A stretch of 49,551 nucleotides of DNA from positions 1 to 49,551 of the forward strand of contig JANLIB010000164.1 in assembly GCA_024653675.1 (NCBI GenBank), in the 5' to 3' direction. Made by a program: the position numbers and the translations under genes. Each line of letters begins with the position of its first letter. Position 1 is the stretch's first letter. Under the pieces are notes generated by a model. That model was not told where the DNA came from. It made no database searches and saw nothing but the letters and a program-made list of their open reading frames with translations. Source of the DNA: Gallionella sp. (GTDB taxonomy: Bacteria > Pseudomonadota > Gammaproteobacteria > Burkholderiales > Gallionellaceae). Below, piece by piece: positions 8,690-19,130 of this stretch.

Positions 8690-9139
8690 TTATTGCTCGC
8701 CGAGCACCGAAACCGTGATCCCCGCCACCACGTCGGTATGCAGAGCGATGTCGAGATGGTGATCGCCGATCTGCTTGAGGTGGCCTTCAGGCATGCGCAC
8801 TTGCGCCTTCTCGACTTCAAAGCCTTGCTGAGCCAGCGCGGCTACGATGTCGGCATTGGTGACGGAGCCGAACAGCTTGCCGTCCACGCCGGCCTTTTGC
8901 ACGATCTGCAAAGTCAGGCCGGCAAGTTTCTCGCCGCGCGCCTGCGCTTCAGCCAGCTTGACCTTGTCGGCTGCTTCCAGTTCACCGCGGCGCACTTCGA
9001 ACTCGGCCATGTTGGCATCGGTCGCACGCTTGGCCTTGCCTTGCGGAATCAGGAAGTTGCGCGCAAAACCGTTCTTGACCTTGACTACCTGGCCCAATTG
9101 GCCGACGTTGGTCACTTTTTCCATCAATATTACTTGCAT
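8690..9139 (-). CDS. rplI: 50S ribosomal protein L9
   Basis: [36 protein letters not shown]. Confidence 0.98.
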   Translation of the reverse strand: MQVILMEKVTNVGQLGQVVKVKNGFARNFLIPQGKAKRATDANMAEFEVRRGELEAADKVKLAEAQARGEKLAGLTLQIVQKAGVDGKLFGSVTNADIVAALAQQGFEVEKAQVRMPEGHLKQIGDHHLDIALHTDVVAGITVSVLGEQ

Positions 9140-9150
9140 GTCCGGACTCC

Positions 9151-9426
9151 TCAGTGCAGATCAGTGTAGGGCATCAGGGCCAGGAAGCGCGCGCGTTTCA
9201 CGGCGGTGCTCAATTGACGCTGAAAATGCGTGCGGGTGCCGGTGATGCGTGCCGGGATCAGCTTGCCGTTTTCGGAGATGAATTCCTTGAGGATGTTCAC
9301 ATCCTTGTAATCCACCTCGGCGATCTTGTCGACCGTAAAGCGGCAGAACTTGCGGCGCTTGAACAGATTATTGCGCGATGAGCGCTTGTTTTTGTCATCT
9401 TTCTTTTTGTCTGATGGACGAGCCAT
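9151..9426 (-). CDS. rpsR: 30S ribosomal protein S18
   Basis: [33 protein letters not shown]. Confidence 0.98.
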   Translation of the reverse strand: MARPSDKKKDDKNKRSSRNNLFKRRKFCRFTVDKIAEVDYKDVNILKEFISENGKLIPARITGTRTHFQRQLSTAVKRARFLALMPYTDLH

Positions 9427-9474
9427 GATATTTCCTTATTCCTGAATTATTTCGTTGACATCAATGCCGGGAGA

Positions 9475-9882
9475 TCAAGCTGCGGCGGCTGCTTCGGGCA
9501 CTGCCGCGACTGCGCCCTGAGGTGGGGCAACCAAGCCGCCTTCGGGCGGCACGGAGCGGGATTTTTCTTCCTTCATCATCGCGGACGGTTCGGTGACGGC
9601 AGCCTTGGTCTTGACGGTCAGGTGACGCAACACCGCGTCATTGAAGCGGAACGCGTGCTCCAGCTCGTCCAGCGTTTCCTGGTTGCATTGGATGTTCATC
9701 AGCACGTAATGCGCCTTGTGGATTTTCTGGATAGGGTAAGCCAGCTGGCGGCGGCCCCAGTCTTCCAGACGGTGGATCAAACCACCCTTGGAAGTAACCA
9801 GTGTGCGATAGCGCTCGATCATCGCGGGCACCTGCTCGCTTTGATCGGGATGCACAATAAATATGATTTCGTAGTGTCGCAT
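9475..9882 (-). CDS. rpsF: 30S ribosomal protein S6
   Basis: [37 protein letters not shown]; AAGGAG RBS. Confidence 0.98.
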   Translation of the reverse strand: MRHYEIIFIVHPDQSEQVPAMIERYRTLVTSKGGLIHRLEDWGRRQLAYPIQKIHKAHYVLMNIQCNQETLDELEHAFRFNDAVLRHLTVKTKAAVTEPSAMMKEEKSRSVPPEGGLVAPPQGAVAAVPEAAAAA

Positions 9883-9969
9883 TAACTTCTCCTTATGGTT
9901 AAGCCCCCCGCTTGCGGTGCGGTGGAGCAAGGTATGTGAAAACCGGATATCAGTCTCACAGGGGCGCGC

Positions 9970-9997
9970 ATTATAGCGAAACGGGCTTGCAGGTCAA
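9970..9997 (-). promoter_or_regulatory. Sigma70 promoter of the rpsF operon
   Basis: TTGACC-16 bp-TATAAT then a GCGCGCCCC discriminator. Confidence 0.65.
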
Positions 9998-10786
9998 GGT
10001 GTTTGATGCGCCGCGGCGCTGCCGCACCGCTTCGAACAGGCAGATCGCAGCCGCCGCAGCGGCATTCAGCGACTCGACCTTACCCGGCATCGGAATGGTG
10101 ATCTGCCGTGTGGCGAGATTCAGCAATTCGTCTGACAGCCCGCCCCCTTCGTTGCCGATCATAAACGCGATATTACCGCGCAGGTCGCAGTCATACAGGC
10201 TGTGCGTAGCTTGCAAACTGGCTGCCAGCAGCATACCGGGGAATGTCTTCGCCACGTCCGGCAAGTCCTGCCGCTCGTGGATATCCAGCGCAAAATGACC
10301 GCCCATCGCGGCGCGCAGCACTTTGGGCGACCACGCGTCGGCGCAGCCTTTGGACAGAAACACCGCGTCGCATCCCGCCGCTGCCGCCGAACGCAGTATC
10401 GAGCCGAGATTACCGGGGTCCTGGATATCCTCCAGCAACAACGCAAAATTACTGTCAGCAGATGAAACAGCCGGCTGAGGTAAATCTACCAGCGCGAGGA
10501 TGCCGGTGGGTGTTTTCAGTTCGCTGAGTTCTGCGAACAATTTGTCATCCAGTTGTGTGACCGGCACATTATTTATGCGTAGCAACAATCCGGCGATTTC
10601 GTCGTCGTGCAACGCCGCTGCGTTCAGCAAAATGTGCTGTGGCATCACTCCGGCATCCAGATACGCCGCCAGCAAATGCGCGCCATCCAGCAGGGTCTGA
10701 TTGGCTTTGCCGCGTTGCCGGGCCGAACCGGCGAGCTTGATAAGTTCCCTGAAGAAAGGATTATCGCGTGATCGGATCAGTTTCAT
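9971..10786 (-). CDS. TrmH/SpoU-family RNA methyltransferase
   Basis: [39 protein letters not shown]. Confidence 0.93.
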   Translation of the reverse strand: MKLIRSRDNPFFRELIKLAGSARQRGKANQTLLDGAHLLAAYLDAGVMPQHILLNAAALHDDEIAGLLLRINNVPVTQLDDKLFAELSELKTPTGILALVDLPQPAVSSADSNFALLLEDIQDPGNLGSILRSAAAAGCDAVFLSKGCADAWSPKVLRAAMGGHFALDIHERQDLPDVAKTFPGMLLAASLQATHSLYDCDLRGNIAFMIGNEGGGLSDELLNLATRQITIPMPGKVESLNAAAAAAICLFEAVRQRRGASNTLTCKPVSL

Positions 10787-11385
10787 GCCTTGACGTCCTT
10801 CGGGTCTGTAGGGGCGCGATTCATCGCGCCCTGGTTTACCGCGACATCCGGGTTTTCACTGTCAATTGCCCACTGCGCCGGGTTATTGGCGATGTATTCG
10901 CGGATTTCCTGCAACGAGGATTCGTTGCGGATGACATGTTCATAGTAATTTCGCTGCCAAATTGATAGCCCCTTCGTGCCCAGTAATTGGTTGACGCTGT
11001 GCGTACAACGCGCTTTGAATGCCCGGACGATTTCACCCAACGTAGGGGCGCGATTCATCGCGCCCAGGTTTGCCGCGCCATCATCATTGGACGCGATGAA
11101 TCGCGCCCCTGCGGTATTCAACAAGATGATGCCATGAATATGATTTGGCATTACAACGAAGGAATCCAATTCGATGCATGAATAATGCTCAGGCAACGCA
11201 TCCCAGATGTTCTGCGCCAAGCGCCCGGCTTCGTTCAACTGCACAACATCGCCCGCCAACGCGCCAAACAAACATTTCCGTTCTTGCGTACATAGAGTTA
11301 TGAAGTATGCACCGGCCTGCGAATAATCGTAGTTGCGTAACCGGACGGAACGACGATGGTGGATGTCGGGATTGAATGTCGACAT
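10783..11385 (-). CDS. RAYT-like transposase (HHRRSVRL subgroup) with REPs inside its ORF
   Basis: HHRRSVRLRNYDYSQAGAYFITLCT, VVMPNHIHGII, WQRNYYEHVIR, YIANNP; the GARFIA and GAMNRAPT peptides are REP translations. Confidence 0.9.
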   Translation of the reverse strand: MSTFNPDIHHRRSVRLRNYDYSQAGAYFITLCTQERKCLFGALAGDVVQLNEAGRLAQNIWDALPEHYSCIELDSFVVMPNHIHGIILLNTAGARFIASNDDGAANLGAMNRAPTLGEIVRAFKARCTHSVNQLLGTKGLSIWQRNYYEHVIRNESSLQEIREYIANNPAQWAIDSENPDVAVNQGAMNRAPTDPKDVKA

Positions 11386-11400
11386 ATTAGATCGCAAACC

Positions 11401-11497
11401 GGGCGCGATAAATCGCGCCCCTACGGGATGTTCTGGTTTCCGCATTGTAGGGGCGCGATTCATCGCGCCCTGATCCGCTGGTTAATCACGCCCCTAC
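11401..11497. repeat. Cluster of GTAGGGGCGCGA REPs upstream of RAYT 2
   Basis: gggcgcgataaatcgcgccccctac, gtaggggcgcgattcatcgcgccc, cgcccctac. Confidence 0.85.
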
Positions 11498-12172
11498 ATT
11501 TGCATTTGTATCCTGTTCCAGCAGTACGCCGATCTCTTCCAGCGGCGGCAGTTCCTGCAACGCGCGCAGATTGAGGTCGTCGAGCAGTTGTTTGGTAGTG
11601 GCGAACAATTCCGGCTTGCCCGGCGTATCGCGGGTGCCGACCACTTCCACCCAGCCGCGCGCTTCCAGTGTCTTGAGGATTTGCGAGGATACCGCCACAC
11701 CGCGTATTTCTTCGATGTCGCCGCGCGTGACGGGTTGGTGGTAGGCGATGATCGCCAAGGTCTCCAGCACTGCGCGGGAGTAGCGCGGCGGTTTCTGCGG
11801 ATTGAGCCTGTCCAGATACGCCTGCATCTCCGGTTTGGCGCGGAACCGCCAACCGCTCGCCACCTGGCTTAATTCAACGCCGCGCTCTTGCCAGTCCTGC
11901 GCGAGTTCTTCGAGCAGCCCTTCGATCTGGCGATTGTCCAATGGCACATCGCTGAGTTTTTTCAATTCAACCAGCGACAGCGGTTCGGATGTGGTCAATA
12001 GCGCGGCTTCGATCACGCGCTTGAGTTGCCGGGTATCGGCCAGCACCACTTCAGATGCGTGTGCTTCCCCTTCTCCCCACTTCGACAAACTCAGGGCAGA
12101 AGTCTCTTCCGCAAGGGAAGAGGTGACTGCCGGCGGCTCACCCGGCAGTAATGGATCGGCTTGTACGGACAT
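11486..12172 (-). CDS. scpB: SMC-Scp complex subunit ScpB
   Basis: [40 protein letters not shown]. Confidence 0.95.
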   Translation of the reverse strand: MSVQADPLLPGEPPAVTSSLAEETSALSLSKWGEGEAHASEVVLADTRQLKRVIEAALLTTSEPLSLVELKKLSDVPLDNRQIEGLLEELAQDWQERGVELSQVASGWRFRAKPEMQAYLDRLNPQKPPRYSRAVLETLAIIAYHQPVTRGDIEEIRGVAVSSQILKTLEARGWVEVVGTRDTPGKPELFATTKQLLDDLNLRALQELPPLEEIGVLLEQDTNANVGA

Positions 12173-12944
12173 AGATGCTCCCTAATGTTTCACTTTGCTG
12201 GATTTCGACCAGGTATTCCTTGGCCAGTTCGAGGACGGCGATGAAGGTGACCACCAGTTTTGCAATTCCGCCATCCACATCGAACAGCTTGTCGAAGGAG
12301 ACGAATTCACCGCCTTGCAGACAGCGCAGGATGCGCGCCATCTGCTCGCGCACCGAAAGTTGTTCGCGGCGCACCTTGTGATGCGTGTTCAATTTTGCGC
12401 GCGCCAACAGTCCCAGCCAGGCCTGGCGCAGATCTTCCACGCTGACTTCCGGCAGTCGTTCCTTCACGGTGCGCTCGATCAATACCTGCACGATTTCGAA
12501 ATCGCGTCCGGCCTGCGGGAGTTCGTTGAGTTTTTGCGCGGCCAGTTTCATCTGCTCGTATTCCAGCAGGCGGCGCATCAATTCTGCGCGCGGGTCTTCG
12601 CCGCCTTCTTCGCTGGCTTTGGGCGGACGCGGCAGCAGCATGCGCGATTTGATCTCGATCAGCACCGCCGCCATCAGCAGATACTCCGCCGCCAGCTCCA
12701 GACGATGCTGTTGCATCAGCTCGATGTAAGTCATGTATTGCCGGGTCAATTGCGCCATCGAAATATCCAGCACATCGAGGTTGTGCTTGCGGATCAGGTA
12801 CAGCAACAGATCCAGCGGCCCCTGAAAGGTTTCCAGCACCAGTTCCAGCGCGTCCGGCGGGATGTACAGATCCTGCGGAAATTCCAGCAATGGTTCGCCG
12901 TGGATGCGGGCGATGGCATGAGGCGCGGGTTGGTGATCGTTCAT
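12138..12944 (-). CDS. scpA: Segregation and condensation protein ScpA
   Basis: [42 protein letters not shown]. Confidence 0.95.
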   Translation of the reverse strand: MNDHQPAPHAIARIHGEPLLEFPQDLYIPPDALELVLETFQGPLDLLLYLIRKHNLDVLDISMAQLTRQYMTYIELMQQHRLELAAEYLLMAAVLIEIKSRMLLPRPPKASEEGGEDPRAELMRRLLEYEQMKLAAQKLNELPQAGRDFEIVQVLIERTVKERLPEVSVEDLRQAWLGLLARAKLNTHHKVRREQLSVREQMARILRCLQGGEFVSFDKLFDVDGGIAKLVVTFIAVLELAKEYLVEIQQSETLGSIYVRTSRSITAG

Positions 12945-13162
12945 CGTTCAAACTCCGCACGCGGAAGACCAGATTGGCGAATGATGGAAAGCAAAGTACC
13001 GATGCGTATCTCGGCATGATTAGGAACCGGAACGGTAATCGTGGTGGTATCGAGTTTCTTCTGCATCACAATATGACTGCCGCGCTGCCTAACATCTACA
13101 AAGCCATGCAGCGAGAGAATGGCGCACACTGCCTTGCCGGAAAGTACGGCAAGTTTAGGCAA
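12941..13162 (-). CDS. hicA: HicA-family toxin
   Basis: GF..VRQRGSH, VPVPNHAEIRIGTLLSIIRQSGL. Confidence 0.9.
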   Translation of the reverse strand: MPKLAVLSGKAVCAILSLHGFVDVRQRGSHIVMQKKLDTTTITVPVPNHAEIRIGTLLSIIRQSGLPRAEFER

Positions 13163-13376
13163 CCGCGACCTCTAAGCGCGTCACATATACTTCATTGTGC
13201 AAACGTCCATGAATCTCTTCCGGAGCGGCGCATTCCAAAAACAATTCGACCGCCTCGCGCAAATTGCTGCGAGCCTGGTCAACACTATCACCCTGACTCG
13301 CGACATCCAGTTCCGGGCAAAGTGCCGCATACCCATCGCCATCGCGCTCAATGATTGCCGTAAATTGGTAATTCAT
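13155..13376 (-). CDS. hicB: Short HicB-family antitoxin
   Basis: YAALCPELDVASQGDSVDQARSNLREAVELFLE; GAGG RBS before the ATG at 13376. Confidence 0.88.
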   Translation of the reverse strand: MNYQFTAIIERDGDGYAALCPELDVASQGDSVDQARSNLREAVELFLECAAPEEIHGRLHNEVYVTRLEVAVA

Positions 13377-13399
13377 ATCTATCCTCTCGCATGCATGGG

Positions 13400-14602
13400 T
13401 CAAGTATAACTCAGCCCCATCGCCTCGCGCACGTCGCGCATGGTCTCGGCGGCGAGTTTGCGCGCCTTTTCGCAGCCGTCGGCGATGATGTTGCGCACCA
13501 GCGCCGGGTCGTCCAGGTAGAGCTGCGCGCGTTCACGCATCGGGCGTTGTTCTTCGAGCACCGCATCGATCACCGGCTGTTTGCACTCGATGCAGCCTAT
13601 GCCCGCGCTCTTGCAGCCTTTTATCACCCATTGTTTCGTATCTTCGCCGGAATATACCTGGTGCAGCGGCCACACCGGGCACTTGCCGGGATCGCCGGGA
13701 TCGCTGCGGCGGATGCGCGCCGGGTCGGTCGGCATGGTGCGGATCTTCTTGCTGACACTTGCCTCGTCTTCGCGCAAGCTGATGGTGTTGTTGTATGACT
13801 TGGACATTTTCTGCCCGTCCAGTCCGGGCATCTTCGACGAGGCGGTAAGCATCGCTCGCGGCTCGGACAGTATCATTTTGCCGCTGCCTTCCAGATAACC
13901 GAACAAACGCTCGCGGTCGCCGTGGCTCAGGCTCTGCTGCTCGTTCAGCAATGATTGGGCTGATTGCAGCGCATCGTTGTCGCCCTGTTCCTGATAGCGC
14001 AAGCGCAGCTCGGAATACAGCCTGGATTTTTTGCTGCCAAGTTTCTTTACCGCAGCTCCGGCCTTTTCCTCAAAACCCGGTTCGCGCCCATAGATATGAT
14101 TGAAACGGCGCGCGATCTCGCGGGTGAATTCGACGTGCGGCACCTGGTCTTCGCCGACCGGCACCTGCGTGGCGCGGTAAATCAGGATATCCGCGCTTTG
14201 CAGCAACGGATAACCGAGAAAACCATAAGTGCTCAGGTCTTTTTCAGAAAGCTTTTCCTGCTGGTCCTTGTAAGTCGGCACACGCTCCAGCCAGCCCAGC
14301 GGCGTGATCATCGACAGCAGCAGATGCAACTCGGCGTGTTCCGGCACCCTGGATTGAATGAACAGCGTGGTGCGCGCGGGATCGACCCCGGCGGCCAGCC
14401 AATCCACCACCATGTCCCACACATTCTGTTCGATGATATGCGGCGTGTCGTAATGCGTGGTCAGCGCGTGCCAGTCGGCCACAAAGAACAGGCATTCATA
14501 TTGGCTCTGCATCTGCACCCAGTTCTTCAGCACCCCGTGGTAATGTCCCAGATGCAAATTTCCGGTGGGGCGCATTCCCGATAACACACGTTCGATGAAC
14601 AT
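13400..14602 (-). CDS. trpS: Tryptophan-tRNA ligase
   Basis: SGMRPTG.LHLGH, VPVGEDQ, KMSKS. Confidence 0.97.
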   Translation of the reverse strand: MFIERVLSGMRPTGNLHLGHYHGVLKNWVQMQSQYECLFFVADWHALTTHYDTPHIIEQNVWDMVVDWLAAGVDPARTTLFIQSRVPEHAELHLLLSMITPLGWLERVPTYKDQQEKLSEKDLSTYGFLGYPLLQSADILIYRATQVPVGEDQVPHVEFTREIARRFNHIYGREPGFEEKAGAAVKKLGSKKSRLYSELRLRYQEQGDNDALQSAQSLLNEQQSLSHGDRERLFGYLEGSGKMILSEPRAMLTASSKMPGLDGQKMSKSYNNTISLREDEASVSKKIRTMPTDPARIRRSDPGDPGKCPVWPLHQVYSGEDTKQWVIKGCKSAGIGCIECKQPVIDAVLEEQRPMRERAQLYLDDPALVRNIIADGCEKARKLAAETMRDVREAMGLSYT

Positions 14603-14610
14603 AATTCTGT

Positions 14611-15258
14611 TTATAGCCCAAAAATGAGTTCAAGCATGCCTGTCACCATGCTTACCAGCGGCCATAATATCAGCCCCAGCAAATTTGTCATAAGCAGGAA
14701 GATCAGGATGAAGATGCCATACGGTTCGATCTTCGCCAGCTGGAACGCCTGCCGGTGCGGCAACAGGCTTACGGCAACGCGTCCGCCATCCAGCGGCGGC
14801 AACGGGATCAGGTTCAGCACCATCAATATTACGTTGATCTGGATCCCGATCTGCGCCATGCCTTGCAACGGCATGGAAAAATAACTGCCCTGCATCTCCA
14901 TCCCCAGCCTGGCGAGCATGGCCCAACCCAGCGCCATGACCAGATTCGAGGCCGGTCCGGCGACCGCCACCCACAGCATGTCCTTCTTGGGATTGCGCAA
15001 CGCGGAGAAATTCACCGGCACCGGTTTGGCCCAGCCGAACAGGATGCCGCCCAGCGCCAGGGTCAGCAGCGGCAGCAGTATCGTGCCGACCGGATCGATA
15101 TGGCGCATCGGGTTCAGACTGATGCGCCCCTGCTGAAAAGCGGTCATATCGCCAAAATGCCGCGCCACATAGCCATGCGCCGCCTCATGCAGGGTAATGG
15201 CAAAAAGTATCGGGATTGCCGCAAGCGCGATGGTCTGTATCAGTTGTTCTATTTGCAT
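14611..15258 (-). CDS. Site-2 protease family (M50) protein
   Basis: HEAAH, AGPASN, NLIPLPPLDG. Confidence 0.92.
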   Translation of the reverse strand: MQIEQLIQTIALAAIPILFAITLHEAAHGYVARHFGDMTAFQQGRISLNPMRHIDPVGTILLPLLTLALGGILFGWAKPVPVNFSALRNPKKDMLWVAVAGPASNLVMALGWAMLARLGMEMQGSYFSMPLQGMAQIGIQINVILMVLNLIPLPPLDGGRVAVSLLPHRQAFQLAKIEPYGIFILIFLLMTNLLGLILWPLVSMVTGMLELIFGL

Positions 15259-15317
15259 TTATTTTCCGATTCCATAATTTTGCGTAGGTTTGCGGGTCAC
15301 ACCCGCCATTCCGATAA

Positions 15318-15950
15318 CTACGTTTCTTCGATTCCGAAAGGTGCGATGTCGCCTTTGCCGCGCCTTACCAGCACCGGCGCATCTCCGGTCAGGTCGATCA
15401 CAGTAGTGAAATCCAGCCCTACCGCGCCGCCGTCGATCACCAGGTCTACTTCCTTTTCGAGCAATTCGCGAATGTTTCCGGCATCATTCAGCGGCATTTC
15501 TTCATCCGGCAGGATCAGCGTGGTGCTCAGCAGCGGCTCGCCCAATTCCCTCAGCAGCGCCAGCGCCACCGGATGATCGGGGATGCGCATGCCTATCGTG
15601 CTGCGCTTGGGATGCTGCAGGCGCTTCGGCACTTCTTTGGTCGCTTCCAGGATAAAGGTGTAGCTGCCCGGCGTGTTGTTTTTCAGCAGGCGGAACTGCA
15701 CGTTGTCCACGCGCGCGTAGCGCGAGATTTCGGATAAATCGCGGCACATCAGCGTCATGTGATGATGCTCATCCAGCTTGCGTATCCGTCGGATGCGCGC
15801 CACGGCGTCTTTGTCGTCCAGATGACAGCCCAGCGCATAACAGGAATCGGTGGGGTATACCACGATGCCGCCTCCGCGCAGGACATTCGCCGCCTGATGG
15901 ATCAGGCGCGGGTTTGGGTTGTCGGGGTGAATGGTGAAGAATTGGGACAT
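15318..15950 (-). CDS. yciO: Sua5/YciO family protein
   Basis: MSQFFTIHPDNP, YPTDSCYALGC, PGSYTFIL. Confidence 0.9.
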   Translation of the reverse strand: MSQFFTIHPDNPNPRLIHQAANVLRGGGIVVYPTDSCYALGCHLDDKDAVARIRRIRKLDEHHHMTLMCRDLSEISRYARVDNVQFRLLKNNTPGSYTFILEATKEVPKRLQHPKRSTIGMRIPDHPVALALLRELGEPLLSTTLILPDEEMPLNDAGNIRELLEKEVDLVIDGGAVGLDFTTVIDLTGDAPVLVRRGKGDIAPFGIEET

Positions 15951-15956
15951 GTTTAG

Positions 15957-16874
15957 CTACCCTCTCCCGCAAGCGGGAGAGGGGCTGGGGGTGAGGGTCT
16001 CTATTTTGGAATTTAACCCGTTCAATGAAAACGCTTCCCAAACCGGCCTGCAGCCCAGCGGGAAATCCGGCAGCCGCCCCATGTCGCGGTAGCTCTCGCC
16101 CGGCCCGTGAAAATCCGAACCGCACGAACACAGCAAATTGAATTCTTCGGCATAACGCGCAAACTCGGCATACTGTTCCGGCGTGTGGCTGCCGGAAATA
16201 ACCTCTATCGCCCGCCCGCCGCATGCGATGAACTCGGCGAGCAATTCGCGCATGGTCTTGTTGCCCATGCCGCCGCGCCCGGACATATAGCGACCGGGAT
16301 GCGCCAGCACTGCCACGCCGCCGCTGCCGCGTATCCATTCCACCGCATCTTCCAGCATCGCCCATTTATGCGGCACATATCCCGGCTTGCCCTTCACCAG
16401 ATACCGGTTGAACACGCTCTTCACGTCCTTGCATTGCCCGGACTCCACCAGGAAGCGCGCGAAGTGGGTGCGGCTTATCAAGTTGGGATTATCCGCATAA
16501 CGATATGCGCCTTCCAGCGCGCCGGCTATGCCGGACTTGGCTAATTCATCGGCCATTTTTTTCGCGCGTTCGCTGCGTCCGCTGCGCACGCTGCGCAGGC
16601 CTTCGACCAACGGCGGATAATCCGGAGAAATATTCAGACCGACGATGTGCAGGGTATGAGTGCGCCACGACACGGATATCTCCGCGCCGTTGATGAAAGC
16701 CATGCCGTGCCGTGCCGCTGCGGCGCGCGCCTCGTCCAGGCCATCGACGTCATCGTGATCGGTCAGCGCCAACACCTTCACACCGCGCACGGCCGCGCGA
16801 TCCACCAGTTCGGCAGGGGTAAGCGTGCCGTCGGAAATATTGGAATGGCAATGCAGGTCGTAATCCAGCATCAA
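15957..16874 (-). CDS. PHP-domain phosphoesterase (YciV/TrpH-like)
   Basis: DLHCHS..SDG, LTDHD, LAHP, GSDFHG; the C-terminal tail is encoded by a hairpin repeat. Confidence 0.92.
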   Translation of the reverse strand: MMLDYDLHCHSNISDGTLTPAELVDRAAVRGVKVLALTDHDDVDGLDEARAAAARHGMAFINGAEISVSWRTHTLHIVGLNISPDYPPLVEGLRSVRSGRSERAKKMADELAKSGIAGALEGAYRYADNPNLISRTHFARFLVESGQCKDVKSVFNRYLVKGKPGYVPHKWAMLEDAVEWIRGSGGVAVLAHPGRYMSGRGGMGNKTMRELLAEFIACGGRAIEVISGSHTPEQYAEFARYAEEFNLLCSCGSDFHGPGESYRDMGRLPDFPLGCRPVWEAFSLNGLNSKIETLTPSPSPACGRG

Positions 16875-17179
16875 ATTCCGCCGCTGCCTTTCTTCATGAC
16901 CTTCCCCTCTTCGGCGCGCTTGCGGCGCAACTCCATGGGATCGGCGATCAACGGGCGATAGATCTCGATGCGATCCCTGTCGCGCAGCACCGCATCTGCT
17001 CTGGTCAGCTTGCCGAATATTCCCAGCTTGTTGACGGCCAGGTCGATCTCGGGATGCTTGTCGAGCACCCCGCTGAACTTGATGGCATCGGCCACTGTCG
17101 TCCCTTCCGGCACTTGCCGCGTAAACAGAATCTGTTCATTGGGCAGGGCGTACACAACCTCTACTCTGATGTCGCTCAT
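16871..17179 (-). CDS. ratB: RnfH/RatB family protein
   Basis: VEVVYALP, GIFGK, DRIEIYRPLIADP. Confidence 0.88.
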   Translation of the reverse strand: MSDIRVEVVYALPNEQILFTRQVPEGTTVADAIKFSGVLDKHPEIDLAVNKLGIFGKLTRADAVLRDRDRIEIYRPLIADPMELRRKRAEEGKVMKKGSGGI

Positions 17180-17613
17180 GTGTTCGTATAGACCTCTTCT
17201 GCGCGGCGGATAAATGCATCCACGAAATTATTGGCTATGTAATGAAACACCGGCCCGACCAGTTTTTCCAGCAACTTGCTGGAAAACTCGTAGTGCAGGC
17301 GGAACTCTATTTTACAGGCAGATGGGTTCAACGGTATGAATCTCCAGTCACCGTCCAGATGTCTGAACGGCCCATCCAGCAGAGTAAGGTCTATACGGTG
17401 CGGCGGTGTGCGCTCGTTCCTGGTGGTGAAACTCTGTCTGATATGGTGATAATTGATATGCACCGTGGCATGCACCGTCGTGCCATCCGGTCCGGAGACG
17501 CTGGCCCCGCCGCACCAGGGAAGAAACTGCGGGTATTCCTCCACGCGATCCACCAGATTGAACATCTGTTCGGCGCTGTAAGGAACCAGCACTGATTTTT
17601 CTACTAGCGCCAT
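17176..17613 (-). CDS. ratA: RatA (START-domain) protein
   Basis: SAEQMFNLV..VEEYPQFLPWC, GPFRHLDG.W.F; divergent from smpB. Confidence 0.92.
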   Translation of the reverse strand: MALVEKSVLVPYSAEQMFNLVDRVEEYPQFLPWCGGASVSGPDGTTVHATVHINYHHIRQSFTTRNERTPPHRIDLTLLDGPFRHLDGDWRFIPLNPSACKIEFRLHYEFSSKLLEKLVGPVFHYIANNFVDAFIRRAEEVYTNT

Positions 17614-17676
17614 TGCTTGTCAAAGTTGCAATTCCAAAGGCTGGTAGAATAGCCGAACACACCGCAAAGCACACTA

Positions 17677-17949
17677 GGAACCTCTGATTAAACCCACCAT
17701 GAACCGCGTTACTGCCAAATTTGTGATGGATGCTAGAAGCGAGCCGCGTCGAATAGCCGTAGCATATTCGCAAGGCGAGCGACAACGCAGACGCACAAAT
17801 TTGGCGCAACCAGTAAAGGCACTTCCTTTGCGGGCGGTCTGCGGCGTCATGCTCCTAGCGAAGGGGATGGCCATTCGCGTCGTCGCCTTCCTTGCATCCC
17901 ATCCCGCAAAGGCAAGTGCGCGGTCATGCTGGGTTTAATCAGAGGTTCC
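17677..17949. mobile_element. 273-bp MITE in the smpB leader
   Basis: Perfect 19-bp TIR ggaacctctgattaaaccc / gggtttaatcagaggttcc. Confidence 0.9.
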
Positions 17950-17951
17950 AA

Positions 17952-18404
17952 ATGAGTATTATCCAGAACAAAAAGGCTTACCACGAATACTTCATCGAGG
18001 ATAAATATGAAGCGGGCATCATGCTGGAAGGCTGGGAAGTCAAGGCTATCCGCGCCGGGCGCGCGCAACTCAAGGAAGCTTACGTCATAGTCAAGGATAG
18101 CGAGCTGTATCTGATCGGCTCGCACATCAGCCCGTTGCTCAACGCCTCCACGCACGTCCATCCAGACCCGGTGCGCACCCGCAAACTGCTGCTGCACAAA
18201 ACCGAGATCGACAGGATCATCGGCAAAGTACAACGCGCCGGCTACACCCTGATGCCGCTGGACATGCACTACAAGGCTGGCCGCGTCAAACTGGAAATCG
18301 GTCTTGCCAAGGGAAAGAAGCAACATGACAAGCGCGCAACCGAGAAAGAACGGGCTGGCAAAATGGAAGCGCAACAGGCGATGAAAAAATTACGGCGCGG
18401 GTAA
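17952..18404 (+). CDS. smpB: SsrA-binding protein
   Basis: [34 protein letters not shown]. Confidence 0.97.
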   Translation: MSIIQNKKAYHEYFIEDKYEAGIMLEGWEVKAIRAGRAQLKEAYVIVKDSELYLIGSHISPLLNASTHVHPDPVRTRKLLLHKTEIDRIIGKVQRAGYTLMPLDMHYKAGRVKLEIGLAKGKKQHDKRATEKERAGKMEAQQAMKKLRRG

Positions 18405-18420
18405 CCATATCCGCATGGCT

Positions 18421-18493
18421 GTAGGGACGCGATTCATCGCGCCCTGATTTTTCGTTGCAACAGAGTAAAGGGCGCGATGAATCGCGCCCCTAC
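18421..18493. repeat. GTAGGGGCGCGA REP doublet
   Basis: gtagggacgcgattcatcgcgccc ... gggcgcgatgaatcgcgcccctac. Confidence 0.88.
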
Positions 18494-18530
18494 AATCGCG
18501 AACCACGCCCAAGGGAAAGTAGCCACTGCT

Positions 18531-19046
18531 ATGACCGCCGACAACAAACCACAAACCGCCTATCTCGCCGGAGGCTGCTTCTGGGGCATGGAAGAACTTG
18601 CGCGCCAGATCCCCGGCGTACTGGAGACCGAAGCCGGTTATACCGGCGGCAACACACCGGATGCACGCTACGAGCAGGTAAAGACCGGCGACACCGGCCA
18701 TGCCGAATCGCTGAAAGTCGTGTTCGACCCGCAACAACTCAGTTACCGCCATCTGCTGTTCGAATTCTTCCGCATGCACGACCCGACCTCGCGCAACCGC
18801 CAGGGCAACGACATCGGCACGCAATACCGCTCGGCGATCTTTTATGTCAGCGAAGAACAGAAACGCATCGCCGAAGAAGTCATCCAGACCGTGGATGCCT
18901 CAGGCGACTGGAAGGCCACAGTCGTCACCGAAGTCGTGCCGTTCAAGGAGTTCTACCGCGCCGAGGAATATCATCAGAAATATCTGGTCAAGAATCGCGG
19001 CGGATATACCTGCCACTACATCAGGCGGATGAAACTGGGAGAGTAG
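18531..19046 (+). CDS. msrA: Peptide-methionine (S)-S-oxide reductase
   Basis: GGCFWG, GYTGG, GHAE, RQGNDIGTQYRSAIF, AEEYHQKY, GYTCH. Confidence 0.95.
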   Translation: MTADNKPQTAYLAGGCFWGMEELARQIPGVLETEAGYTGGNTPDARYEQVKTGDTGHAESLKVVFDPQQLSYRHLLFEFFRMHDPTSRNRQGNDIGTQYRSAIFYVSEEQKRIAEEVIQTVDASGDWKATVVTEVVPFKEFYRAEEYHQKYLVKNRGGYTCHYIRRMKLGE

Positions 19047-19130
19047 ATTTATGTCGCTATGTATAACGTTAGACATGAGGCGGCGAGGCGCGCTAGAATT
19101 ACCTTATTAGTTTTGAATGGAGTTTAAGTC

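Noticed and set aside
9885-9935. Possible S6:S18 leader RNA upstream of rpsF
   Set aside because: A hairpin is present in the expected place, but I cannot confirm the motif without a covariance search.
18404-19070. tmRNA expected near smpB
   Set aside because: No ssrA-like ends were seen; the region holds a REP doublet and msrA.
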